This document shows, piece after piece, positions 10,462-19,458 of a stretch of DNA of 64,000 bases. A program made the position numbers and the translations under genes. Position 1 is the stretch's first letter. Each line of letters opens with the position of its first letter. This DNA is from a virus: the IMG/VR virus record IMGVR_UViG_3300013108_000188; one strand, written 5' to 3'. The notes below the pieces were generated by a model. It saw only the letters and a list, made by a program, of their open reading frames with translations, was not told the DNA's origin and did not search any database.

Positions 10462-11177
10462 TATTCTACATATGGAAATAATGCGTTAGTACAAAACTCT
10501 TTTACATCGTCTTCAGGTAGTCCAAGTGATTTCATAACTCTAGGTGTATGAGGATTTTCTCTTTGATGTTTAGCATATCTGTTTTGTGCGTCTTTTATTT
10601 CTTGCTCCGTTATATCTGTTTTGTTATTTTTTTCTCGTCTTAATAATGTAAAGTAAGCACCTAAATTACATTGTGATAAACTCAAAGCGTGATTTAATTC
10701 TTTTTCAGTAGTTATATTACTAGCAGCTACCATACCTGGACTAAAAATTTTTAATGCCCATTCAGGTAGTTCTCTCACTTTAGATGGTTTATAATTACTT
10801 GATTCTTTTACAAACCAATCAACCATTGAATGGTCTCTCTTTGCAAGTGGAGAAAAGTCGTGGAAGAAACCTGTAACCTTTTTTGCACCAGCAATTACAT
10901 CTAGTCCATATATTGGTGCTGGACTATTAAGTCTAGGAAATACACAACAATGAAACATATATAAACCTTTTGTTGCTCTAGCATCCACAACATCTAAATG
11001 ACATCTTCTTGCTTCTGGTGTTTCCCATACTCTATTAATCCAACCGTCTTTTGGACGATTAAATTTTTCCATAGTTGGTTCAAATATTTCTTTACCTTCT
11101 CTTTCAAAAACTGCCATAATTAAAGTGGTAGTTTCTTCAAGCATATTCCATATTCTACTTCGTTTGTATTGTGCCAT
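10461..11177 (-). CDS. pcyX: Ferredoxin-dependent bilin reductase, PcyX/PcyA-like
   Basis: [67 protein letters not shown]; adjacent to heme oxygenase. Start reassigned to MAQYKR (11177, GAGG upstream) instead of the 11273 track start. Confidence 0.82.
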   Translation of the reverse strand: MAQYKRSRIWNMLEETTTLIMAVFEREGKEIFEPTMEKFNRPKDGWINRVWETPEARRCHLDVVDARATKGLYMFHCCVFPRLNSPAPIYGLDVIAGAKKVTGFFHDFSPLAKRDHSMVDWFVKESSNYKPSKVRELPEWALKIFSPGMVAASNITTEKELNHALSLSQCNLGAYFTLLRREKNNKTDITEQEIKDAQNRYAKHQRENPHTPRVMKSLGLPEDDVKEFCTNALFPYVE

Positions 11178-11820
11178 CACCAAACCTCTTCTCGTTTTGT
11201 TCAATAAATTTTTGAATATCTTTAAATAAATCTGTTGCAAATCCAAAACATTGTCTTGCTTCATAAACAACACTATTAATATTTTCAGTTAAAGTACTTT
11301 GGTCAGAATATTTTTGATAACTATTTACCTTTGTTCTTAACGCTTCTTTTAGTTCTTGTATATTTTTATATTTCTGATTTCTTCCTTCAACATATCTAAT
11401 ATTAAATTGATAATACTTTCCTTGACCAGGTATCTTTCTTTGTATCATTTGGCCACCAGATAAATCACCCATATGTCTAACATATATATGAGCAGCTATT
11501 TTTTCTGGATTATCCATTAAATTTTTATTAATATAATCCAAATATGCACCAGTAGATTCCATTTTTACTGGTTGCCAATTATAAGTCCATAATTCGTCAA
11601 AGTCTGCTTTGATAGATGGCGCTCTTCTTATTTCAGGCATATCATCAAAGATACCTTCTGACATTGCTAGTGCTTCTAACATATCATAACATTGATGTTG
11701 ATTGTAAAGATAGATAGCATATATTTCAGGATTTATTTTACCTGACATTAATACTTTAACAAACTTTTGTCTTTCTGCTTCTTTATGATGTTCCCAAGTA
11801 AGTTCTTTTAATGTCTTCAT
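11155..11820 (-). CDS. hemO: Heme oxygenase
   Basis: LKELTWEHHKEAE (proximal His), AHIYVRHMGDLSGGQMI distal-helix signature, EARQCFGFA. Confidence 0.92.
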   Translation of the reverse strand: MKTLKELTWEHHKEAERQKFVKVLMSGKINPEIYAIYLYNQHQCYDMLEALAMSEGIFDDMPEIRRAPSIKADFDELWTYNWQPVKMESTGAYLDYINKNLMDNPEKIAAHIYVRHMGDLSGGQMIQRKIPGQGKYYQFNIRYVEGRNQKYKNIQELKEALRTKVNSYQKYSDQSTLTENINSVVYEARQCFGFATDLFKDIQKFIEQNEKRFGDGTIQTK

Positions 11821-12623
11821 CTTTTTGGTGCTTCTTCAAATTTTTTATCTAGTTCTTTTTTCTTTTGTTCTTCTGCTTTCATATCTTCTTTAACATAATC
11901 TTTATATTTTTCTGGCAAATCATCAAAGTCCATTTCTCTCATAGTGACCGCATTTTTCATTAATTCTGCTCTTACTAAATCATTTTCAGTTTCGTCTCTA
12001 TTACCATCAGACATATTATTAATACCTGATTTATCTTCCATTATTTCTTTTGCACCTTGTTTAAATAATGCAATTCTAGGTAAGACCTCTTCCATATGTT
12101 CTTGGTGTGCCACTAAATCTTGTATTAAACCTCTTTTAAAATCCCAAGACATTTTAACTTCCTCTAACATTTCTTCTTTATGGTCTTTGTAATATTTTTC
12201 AAATAAAGTTTTTAACTTGTCAACTAATACAGAAGATTTTTGATTTTTATGAATTTCGCTATGAGTAGCGTATAGTTGAGCAACTAGTTTATATGGAATG
12301 TCTTTTAATGATTTTAAATGTTTTGCCCACACTTCGGTACCATACATCATTGATGGCTCTACCCAAGGTTTTGAAACATCATCAGCTTCATAAGGCCACT
12401 CTTGTTTAAATGCCTCATATAGCTTTTCTCGTATGTTTATTTCTGGAAAGTCTTTAGTGATTTCTAAAGTTAAATGTTCTAACTGATTTATAACCAACCA
12501 TTGATTATAAAAGTAAGTTCCTTTAACTTCTTTGATGAGTTTATTGTTGTTGTAATCTACTATGAAATCCATTGTTTCATAGTTGCTTCGTGCCTTTTCA
12601 ATAAAGGTTTCTAGGTCTTTCAT
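11817..12623 (-). CDS. Divergent heme-oxygenase-like paralog lacking catalytic motifs
   Basis: Colinear similarity to the adjacent HemO (YFYNQ/YLYNQ, LEHL/LEAL, DFPEI/DMPEI, EWPY/LWTY, PYKLVAQLYATH/PEKIAAHIYVRH); no proximal His and no GDLSGG; charged C-terminal extension. Confidence 0.6.
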   Translation of the reverse strand: MKDLETFIEKARSNYETMDFIVDYNNNKLIKEVKGTYFYNQWLVINQLEHLTLEITKDFPEINIREKLYEAFKQEWPYEADDVSKPWVEPSMMYGTEVWAKHLKSLKDIPYKLVAQLYATHSEIHKNQKSSVLVDKLKTLFEKYYKDHKEEMLEEVKMSWDFKRGLIQDLVAHQEHMEEVLPRIALFKQGAKEIMEDKSGINNMSDGNRDETENDLVRAELMKNAVTMREMDFDDLPEKYKDYVKEDMKAEEQKKKELDKKFEEAPKR

Positions 12624-12673
12624 TTTTCACTCCAAGTTTTTATATAGTGACCTTTAAAAGGTCTATAATATAG

Positions 12674-12681
12674 TATTTATA
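12674..12681 (-). promoter_or_regulatory. T4-type late promoter TATAAATA upstream of the tetrapyrrole cassette
   Basis: TATTTATA on the + strand in the 58-nt intergenic gap; a small hairpin (GACCTTT-A-AAAGGTC, 12649-12663) lies just downstream. Confidence 0.7.
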
Positions 12682-14877
12682 TTAGTCTCTAGGACCCAAG
12701 TGGAAGAAGTATTGTGTTTGGTTACTATCAGCACCTTCACTATAATAATCATAGTGTTGCGTTACCGAAGATCCACCATCGTATCCACACCAATACACTT
12801 GACCTCTTTGGTTAAGCGCTCTTGGTATGTTTGAAGAACCAGTTCCTGAATAGAATAAATCAGTCCATCTATGACCACCTGAAGGTTGGAATACAATTCT
12901 TTTTCTTGTTCTAAACATTTCATTGTCTTCCATAGCACCTTGCGTGTCATTACGACCACCATTTGTCCATTGGTCATCGTTAGTAGATGTTCCACCTAAA
13001 CCGTGTTCATCGTTTGAATATGGAGCACCACCCCATATAATTCCTTCGTCATCAAGTATCATTGGGAAAGAGTACATATAAGAACCATCAGCTCTACTCA
13101 TACCTACATCACATACATTAACCGTCCATTTAGGACCTTTCATATGTAAGAAACTTCCTGGGTGACCACCTGAAGCATACCAGTATCCATTACTTTCTAC
13201 TGATTGTCCACGACCACCATAAGTTCCATAGTTACCATCGTGTACCCATAGCATACCTGTTGATTTTTGTCTTAAATACAACCATTTGTTTTCATCACCA
13301 CCACACCAGAAGAAGTCAATATCACCATTTATAAAGTGACCTTCTCTTCTAAATGAACCAATATGGTGAGTTCCTGTATAACCAGGAGAACCAATAGGCC
13401 AAGCGCCTGAAGTTGTATAACCTGTAAACCACATATATCCTTCACCATCTAAAATGTGTGTAGAATGATGTGATCCGTTTGACCAAGTTGTTTTATATAA
13501 TTTTAATCCGCCGTATCTGTTCCAGTTAATTCCAACTCTTGTAGGTGTTGTATAGTGGTAAGTTCCATTTCTGTTACCTACTCCTAATTCACCGTGTTGG
13601 TTTTCACCCCACGCCCATAGTTGACCTGTATCGTCAAGTGCGTGCCACCAAGCTTCTTCTGAACCTGAACACCACATATCTACAATTCTTCTTCCATCAA
13701 AATATGATTGTGGTAATCTTACTGGTCTAGGAACATTGGCACTATAGAAAGCAGTTGAAGTTGGTCCACCACTAGTATCTGTTGAGTTATTAATTGAAGG
13801 ATTACCTAAACCAAGTTGACCTTCGTTATTGTATCCCCAAACCCATACACTTCCGTCAGAACCTAATGCCCAACAAGAAGCAGAACCATTATCGTGTGCC
13901 TCGTCTGAAAATCCTACTTTAACCATTCTAGTTTGGTTAAATGTTTTTCCAATTGTATTACCTTGCCAGTCCTGTGTATCGGTTGCCGTTACCCTAACTG
14001 CATAAGGTCTATCTGTTGTTTCTGAATTTCCTAATTCGTATCTGCCATTTTCTCCAGCAGAATATACTTCACCATTGTTAAATAACCAAAATGTTCTGTT
14101 ATAGTTTCTTGCAACTTGGATAACTTTTGGTGCTAATCCATCAGGAGTAGTCATTCTTCCTGTTGCATTAATATTCCAAGATTGGTTATCTGTTGACGCC
14201 ATCCAATCTGTAAATGTGAAACCACAAGACATATGTTTTGCAGGTTCGTCATTTCCAGCAATACCTTCTCCTAATCCAGAAGAAGATGTACTATCAGAAG
14301 AACCAACCCACATATCAGAACCATCTGAACATAAAGTACAAGTTCTGTAAGTTTGGTCAGCGCAACCTGTGTGTGAAACACCCATATTGTATCTCCAACC
14401 TAACGGAGCACGGTTGTTAAATGATACAACTTCGTTTCTACTTGACCACTTGTTTTCGTTTATGTAAATTAGTTCCCAATATTTTGAAGGTCTTCCATCG
14501 TGTTCTACGACCCAAGTATTACAATATCTTGTTCTTTGCAAACAAAGATAAATTTTATCAGCAACTTTAACCATTTCTCCTCTTTCATATTGTCTCCAAT
14601 ATTGCCAAGTTTCAATGTTATCGTTACCAGCAAGTAATAATGTCCAATATCTTCTGTTATCTGGTCTATAACTTCTTTTCACCATAGTCGGTTGATATTG
14701 ACCGTATGAATTTGTGTTAATCATTGCTTCAGACGAGATAGTGTAATTAATAGGTGTATCTTCAATACATCTATACGATTTACCTCTCCAGTAAACTACA
14801 TCATTTTTGTTGTAGCTTTCTTTATCTCTCCAAGCACCCTTCCAGGTAACTTTAAAATCTGTTATTGATAATGCCAT
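12682..14877 (-). CDS. Putative virion/receptor-binding protein with RCC1-like beta-propeller repeats
   Basis: Repeats such as VYSAGENGRYELG, VWVWGYNNEGQLG, LWAWGENQHGELG; N-terminal WKGAW...Y..NDVVY module. Confidence 0.75.
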   Translation of the reverse strand: MALSITDFKVTWKGAWRDKESYNKNDVVYWRGKSYRCIEDTPINYTISSEAMINTNSYGQYQPTMVKRSYRPDNRRYWTLLLAGNDNIETWQYWRQYERGEMVKVADKIYLCLQRTRYCNTWVVEHDGRPSKYWELIYINENKWSSRNEVVSFNNRAPLGWRYNMGVSHTGCADQTYRTCTLCSDGSDMWVGSSDSTSSSGLGEGIAGNDEPAKHMSCGFTFTDWMASTDNQSWNINATGRMTTPDGLAPKVIQVARNYNRTFWLFNNGEVYSAGENGRYELGNSETTDRPYAVRVTATDTQDWQGNTIGKTFNQTRMVKVGFSDEAHDNGSASCWALGSDGSVWVWGYNNEGQLGLGNPSINNSTDTSGGPTSTAFYSANVPRPVRLPQSYFDGRRIVDMWCSGSEEAWWHALDDTGQLWAWGENQHGELGVGNRNGTYHYTTPTRVGINWNRYGGLKLYKTTWSNGSHHSTHILDGEGYMWFTGYTTSGAWPIGSPGYTGTHHIGSFRREGHFINGDIDFFWCGGDENKWLYLRQKSTGMLWVHDGNYGTYGGRGQSVESNGYWYASGGHPGSFLHMKGPKWTVNVCDVGMSRADGSYMYSFPMILDDEGIIWGGAPYSNDEHGLGGTSTNDDQWTNGGRNDTQGAMEDNEMFRTRKRIVFQPSGGHRWTDLFYSGTGSSNIPRALNQRGQVYWCGYDGGSSVTQHYDYYSEGADSNQTQYFFHLGPRD

Positions 14878-14904
14878 ATTACTCTTTCCTTAATACTTAA
14901 TTAA

Positions 14905-15294
14905 TTAAAATCCTAAATTTGATAAAAAGTTAGCTTTAGCAGTTTTGTGGTCAGCGATAGCAGTTTTAGTTGCAGAAGTGTCATCTGCCACATCTGATAA
15001 TAAGTCTATCATTTTTTTGCCTTCCATAAAACTTTTGTCTAAATCGTCTAAACCTTGTTCAACATAAGAGCTAGAATTTTTTAGTTTTGTTTTCTCATCA
15101 GCGTCTGATACTACTGATACTCCATATACAGAATCATTTGCACCACTAGTTGAAATGGTAGTATTACCATCGTCTATAGAAAAGTATGTTTTACCATCCA
15201 TTTCTCCTAAACTAATAGGCGTATCTCCTGTAGGAGCAGTATAATCATCACCTTGACCAATTCCAGCAGTCATTGAATATATTACTTTTGCCAT
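14905..15294 (-). CDS. Hypothetical protein (129 aa), possibly fibre-associated
   Basis: Clean ORF with GGAG RBS between propeller genes; no recognised motif. Confidence 0.6.
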   Translation of the reverse strand: MAKVIYSMTAGIGQGDDYTAPTGDTPISLGEMDGKTYFSIDDGNTTISTSGANDSVYGVSVVSDADEKTKLKNSSSYVEQGLDDLDKSFMEGKKMIDLLSDVADDTSATKTAIADHKTAKANFLSNLGF

Positions 15295-15328
15295 TGTTAT
15301 TTCTCCGTTTTCTTTTTTGTTATACTTC

Positions 15329-15336
15329 TATTTATA
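15329..15336 (-). promoter_or_regulatory. T4-type late promoter TATAAATA
   Basis: TATTTATA on the + strand in the intergenic gap upstream of the 129-aa ORF. Confidence 0.65.
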
Positions 15337-15337
15337 A

Positions 15338-18300
15338 TTATCTACCATTACCAGCTTGCCACATCATCGCTCTTCCTGTACTTGACCAAGTAGCAGTTGC
15401 GTGGTGTCCCAAGTTGTTATTACTAGAATATCCCCAAAGTAGTGCTTGTCCATCTTCAGTTCCTACCCAAGGTTGTAGTCCATAGTAGTTTGTACTTTGG
15501 TCAACACCTTGAATACACATTGTTCTTATTCTTGTTCCTGCAGGTACATAAGCGTGGTATGGTTTGTATGTTCCATCTTCACCATTCCAGTTATCTCCAG
15601 CAATTGGATTAGGCATAGATGAATAAACATCCCTACCTTGACAGAAGAATTCCCCATTATCAGTTAACCAATAACTTCTTCCGTGGTCAGAATAAGTATT
15701 GCAAATTGCAACTTCTTTCAAATTGTTAATTTTGTCTACTTGTACAGGTGCAGTATTTGTACCTGTTCCACCATCACCTGAATTGTAATAACCTCCAGAG
15801 TGTCCAGCAGTCCAAGTCTCTCCATTTTTCAATCTAACGAAAGATGTTTTATATCCGTTCCATCTACAAGCCCAAAAGTCAACTATATCCCCAGCAGGAG
15901 AAGCAGTTGCCTGTGTCATAGTACTTCTATCAGTTGTTGAGTTATCAAAGAAGTTACCATAATCGTTTTTACCTGTACTCCAAATATATCCGTTTCCATC
16001 TAATATTTGGAAACAAGAGTTAGATGAGTGAGAACAAGCTTGCCATACAGCGATACCACCATTATCAGAAGCAGTAAATCCTGTCATTAATATTGGTCTG
16101 TATTTGTCTGTAGTTGTTGTATCTCCTAATTGACCAATGTTATTTCTTCCCCAAGCATAAATGTTATCTTGCGATGTTCTAGCATAGAAAGATGTACTAT
16201 CTCCACCAGAGCAACATATGTCAATTATTTTCTCGTCATTAAACCATTCTCTAGGTATTCTTTTTGGTCCGTAGTTATTTTGTGTTCTACCATCACCACA
16301 CTCTCCATATCCATTATAACCCCAAGTATATACATCGCCTTCGTCTGTTAAAGCGCAAGGAGTATGTGTACTATCTTCGTTTTGATACTTCATATTAATT
16401 TTAATGAAGTGGACATTTTCTAATCCGTCAGGTGACATTGCCATACCTGGCGCACCATCATAACCAGTACCTTGTTGTCCGTGTGAACCATATCCACCGT
16501 GGAAGATTTCACCATTATCAAATAATATCATTGTGAAACTATATCCCATTTCTATTTGGATAGCTCTTGGTGTTCTCATTCTGTCATAACGAGACCATTT
16601 AGGTCCTGCTCTATGACTATATCCACCTTCGTTTCTACTTTCTGAATTGTAGAAATCTCTCCATCTAAAAGATACTTCTCTAAAGTATGAAGATGAACGA
16701 CCTTGTTCCATATTGTGGCTATCTGAACCGTGTCCGATTGACCATACAGCACCATTTTTATCAATGTACATATGACATCTATAAATGTTAGCACTTTCGC
16801 TTCTTCCATCTTTATAAGGCCAACCTATTGGACCTCTATTCGGGAACCAAACACCAGCACATTGTTCTTGGTTGTTCATACCTGCAAAGGATTCCCAAGC
16901 ATTATGATATGATTGAATATGTGCAGGATAATTCTTACCTGTCTCATTGTTAAATTCGTGGTCAGAATAACCAGTAAGTCTGTTTGATGTAACCGAAGAT
17001 TTAGTCATTAAAGGAGACCTTGTTGGTTCCATATAACCGTGTTGAGGTGGTCTACCTTTGTTATCTCTTATACATCTATATAATCCAGTACCGTGTCTGT
17101 AAAATTTCTCACCAGTTGATATTCTTTTGAAAGGTTTGTAAGACACAACATCATTGTGATTGTATTGTGTATTAACAGAATATTCACCTCTAAATCTTAA
17201 AGATGATTGTATTTTGTCCCAATGTTTATGACCTCTCCAAGACTTCTCAATTGAGAAACCTAAATCGTTGTACATACCAGTAGTAGCTCTACTAGCAGTT
17301 GTTGGTTCTAAACAGAATGGATATATAACCGTTTTTTCTGCTTCAGATTGAGTTGTTTGATAAGGTACATATAACTCAACCGTTCTATCACCTTTGTTTT
17401 CAAAGTTGTATTGTTTTCCACCCTTCCATTTGCCATTTTCCATTTTTTGTCTGTATTCGTGGTCATCATTGTTTCCAGTTCCATTGAAAAATGTCTCAAT
17501 GTAAGTGTGTTCATCAACTTGGTATCCATCTAGGTAGTATTTAACCCATCCGTTTTTACCAAATCCTCTCCATTTAGTTATGTTTGCAGGAGCATATGTT
17601 TTTCCTAAATTAGCAGAAGTATCATATGTTTCAGTTGCAAAACCCATACCAGAGTGAGCAGTACAATAAACATAAAGTTTAGCAGTACCAGCTCTTACTT
17701 TAATTATCGTATGAGCACCTGCTTTTCCAGGTGTTCCATAAGAGGTTACTCCAGTTGTATATGCAGACCCACCGCCGTGTGTACCATCAGCAGTTGTTGA
17801 AAATCCTATAATGTGAGTGTCGTTTAAAGAATCTGATTGGTCAAACTTATAAGTTTTTCCTTCTTCTAATTTAACCGTATTAGCAGTTGGCGCTTCACCA
17901 TCTATAGTAAATTTACTAGAAGCAACAGAAACTTGGAAAGTTCTTTCCGCATTTTCAGTTGGATCAGTAAGTTTTGGCATATAAAGTTCAACCAAACCTT
18001 CGTTAGAAGTTGGAGATGAACCTAAAGCAGTAGTTGTTCCTGTACCAGTATTATCTATTGCCTGATAAGCACCAGATATACCATCAACCGTTGCAGTATT
18101 TGTTTCAGCAACTAATTGATAAACAGGTTTTCCATTTATTAAAAGTCTTTTTCTTCCAGCACCATTATTAGCAGTTGTTGTATCGTCTCTACTATATGTT
18201 ACCGTAGCGGTTACATTTGAGCCAACTTGTAATGCACCATCAATATAAACATAAGAATATGTTGTTCCTGTTTGTGCGTGATGTTCAGTTGAATCACCTG

Positions 18301-19426
18301 TGTTTATGTAAATTGTTTTTCTTGTTCTTGTAGAAGCACCACCTGAAGTAGTTCCTTCCCAAGCATTTGTAACCTGTAAGTAAGTATTATTACTAGCGTC
18401 TGTTAATACTGAAACTTGCGTATCTTTTCTTTGTGTGCCATCATCGTGTAACCAACCTTGTAAAGCAACTGATTGTGTTTCATAACCAGGTACATCGTCT
18501 TGGTTAAAAGTTAGTTTATGTGATACACCTTGTCCACCTCGTCTTGTATCTTCAGCATTAGCGGCAGTAGCAGTTTTGTATAAAGGTGAAAAGAAACCAC
18601 TATCACCAGTTGAAGTTGTTCCTTTTACATAGTAAGGACCATCGTGGTCTTGTCCTAATGATTTACCTGTGTCACCTGTATTGTGAATACCATCGGCAGT
18701 ATAAGAAAATCCTAACGGATAGTATTTGTTTGAATTCTTTTGTTGTATGAAGTTATATCTATGTCCTTCTCTAACAAACTCATAGTTTCTGTAACCAGCA
18801 AATTGTCTTCCTTTAGTAGATGAACCTAATCTATTGTCAATTTTGAAATCTGGAACACCACCAGAAACAGCAACAGCAACATCAAAAGTATTGTCTGCTG
18901 GTCTGTAGTGGTATCTAAAATAAGTTTGTTCATAACCATTGTAAGTATCCATTTCTGAATAATCGTCTTCTGTCTCTCGGAACATAGCGTCATATTCATC
19001 CATAAGGTGGGATTGATGGCGAACAATCGTACCCATATGTGAATCGATTTGGTTATGGTTCATTTCCATTGAACCTTCTTCGTTAGAGCCGTAAGTAGAA
19101 TTGTGAGTGATAGGATTTCCGTCTCTATCAGTTCTTTGTCTTTCAGCTTTTCTTTCGTTTTCAGTCCAATATTGTGTATATTTAAATGCGTCAGCACCGT
19201 TGTAATCTGAATCTTGCGACCAGTTACCACCAGTTCTTTCTTTTACATTGTAACCTTGAACCTTACTTCCTGGAGCATAAGCACTAGAACCATCTGGAAG
19301 ATATTCACTAGTCAAAATCCACATAGCATTTCTGTGGTAGACTATATCGTCTCTTCTATATAACTGGTTTGTGTCGTACTCTCCTTGGAATTGTAGTTTA
19401 ATTCTTCCGAGATTTATTTTTGCCAT
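15338..19426 (-). CDS. Large virion protein: cupredoxin-like insert plus C-terminal RCC1-like propeller
   Basis: N-terminal LGRIKLQFQGEY module; YKFDQSD...H...LYVYCTAHSGMG; repeats VYTWGYNGYGECG, IYAWGRNNIGQLG, IWSTGKNDYG. Confidence 0.75.
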   Translation of the reverse strand: MAKINLGRIKLQFQGEYDTNQLYRRDDIVYHRNAMWILTSEYLPDGSSAYAPGSKVQGYNVKERTGGNWSQDSDYNGADAFKYTQYWTENERKAERQRTDRDGNPITHNSTYGSNEEGSMEMNHNQIDSHMGTIVRHQSHLMDEYDAMFRETEDDYSEMDTYNGYEQTYFRYHYRPADNTFDVAVAVSGGVPDFKIDNRLGSSTKGRQFAGYRNYEFVREGHRYNFIQQKNSNKYYPLGFSYTADGIHNTGDTGKSLGQDHDGPYYVKGTTSTGDSGFFSPLYKTATAANAEDTRRGGQGVSHKLTFNQDDVPGYETQSVALQGWLHDDGTQRKDTQVSVLTDASNNTYLQVTNAWEGTTSGGASTRTRKTIYINTGDSTEHHAQTGTTYSYVYIDGALQVGSNVTATVTYSRDDTTTANNGAGRKRLLINGKPVYQLVAETNTATVDGISGAYQAIDNTGTGTTTALGSSPTSNEGLVELYMPKLTDPTENAERTFQVSVASSKFTIDGEAPTANTVKLEEGKTYKFDQSDSLNDTHIIGFSTTADGTHGGGSAYTTGVTSYGTPGKAGAHTIIKVRAGTAKLYVYCTAHSGMGFATETYDTSANLGKTYAPANITKWRGFGKNGWVKYYLDGYQVDEHTYIETFFNGTGNNDDHEYRQKMENGKWKGGKQYNFENKGDRTVELYVPYQTTQSEAEKTVIYPFCLEPTTASRATTGMYNDLGFSIEKSWRGHKHWDKIQSSLRFRGEYSVNTQYNHNDVVSYKPFKRISTGEKFYRHGTGLYRCIRDNKGRPPQHGYMEPTRSPLMTKSSVTSNRLTGYSDHEFNNETGKNYPAHIQSYHNAWESFAGMNNQEQCAGVWFPNRGPIGWPYKDGRSESANIYRCHMYIDKNGAVWSIGHGSDSHNMEQGRSSSYFREVSFRWRDFYNSESRNEGGYSHRAGPKWSRYDRMRTPRAIQIEMGYSFTMILFDNGEIFHGGYGSHGQQGTGYDGAPGMAMSPDGLENVHFIKINMKYQNEDSTHTPCALTDEGDVYTWGYNGYGECGDGRTQNNYGPKRIPREWFNDEKIIDICCSGGDSTSFYARTSQDNIYAWGRNNIGQLGDTTTTDKYRPILMTGFTASDNGGIAVWQACSHSSNSCFQILDGNGYIWSTGKNDYGNFFDNSTTDRSTMTQATASPAGDIVDFWACRWNGYKTSFVRLKNGETWTAGHSGGYYNSGDGGTGTNTAPVQVDKINNLKEVAICNTYSDHGRSYWLTDNGEFFCQGRDVYSSMPNPIAGDNWNGEDGTYKPYHAYVPAGTRIRTMCIQGVDQSTNYYGLQPWVGTEDGQALLWGYSSNNNLGHHATATWSSTGRAMMWQAGNGR

Positions 19427-19458
19427 TTTAGTTTCCTATTTCCCTCTTATTATATTTA

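Noticed and set aside
11178-11273. Extended N-terminus of the bilin reductase in the ORF track
   Set aside because: It would overlap hemO by about 120 nt; the ATG at 11177 has a GAGG RBS and gives a normal length.
12762-19026. Short minus-strand ORFs nested out of frame in the propeller genes (12762-12995, 16576-16809, 17308-17529, 18826-19026)
   Set aside because: Alternative-frame by-products of biased codon usage inside long genes.
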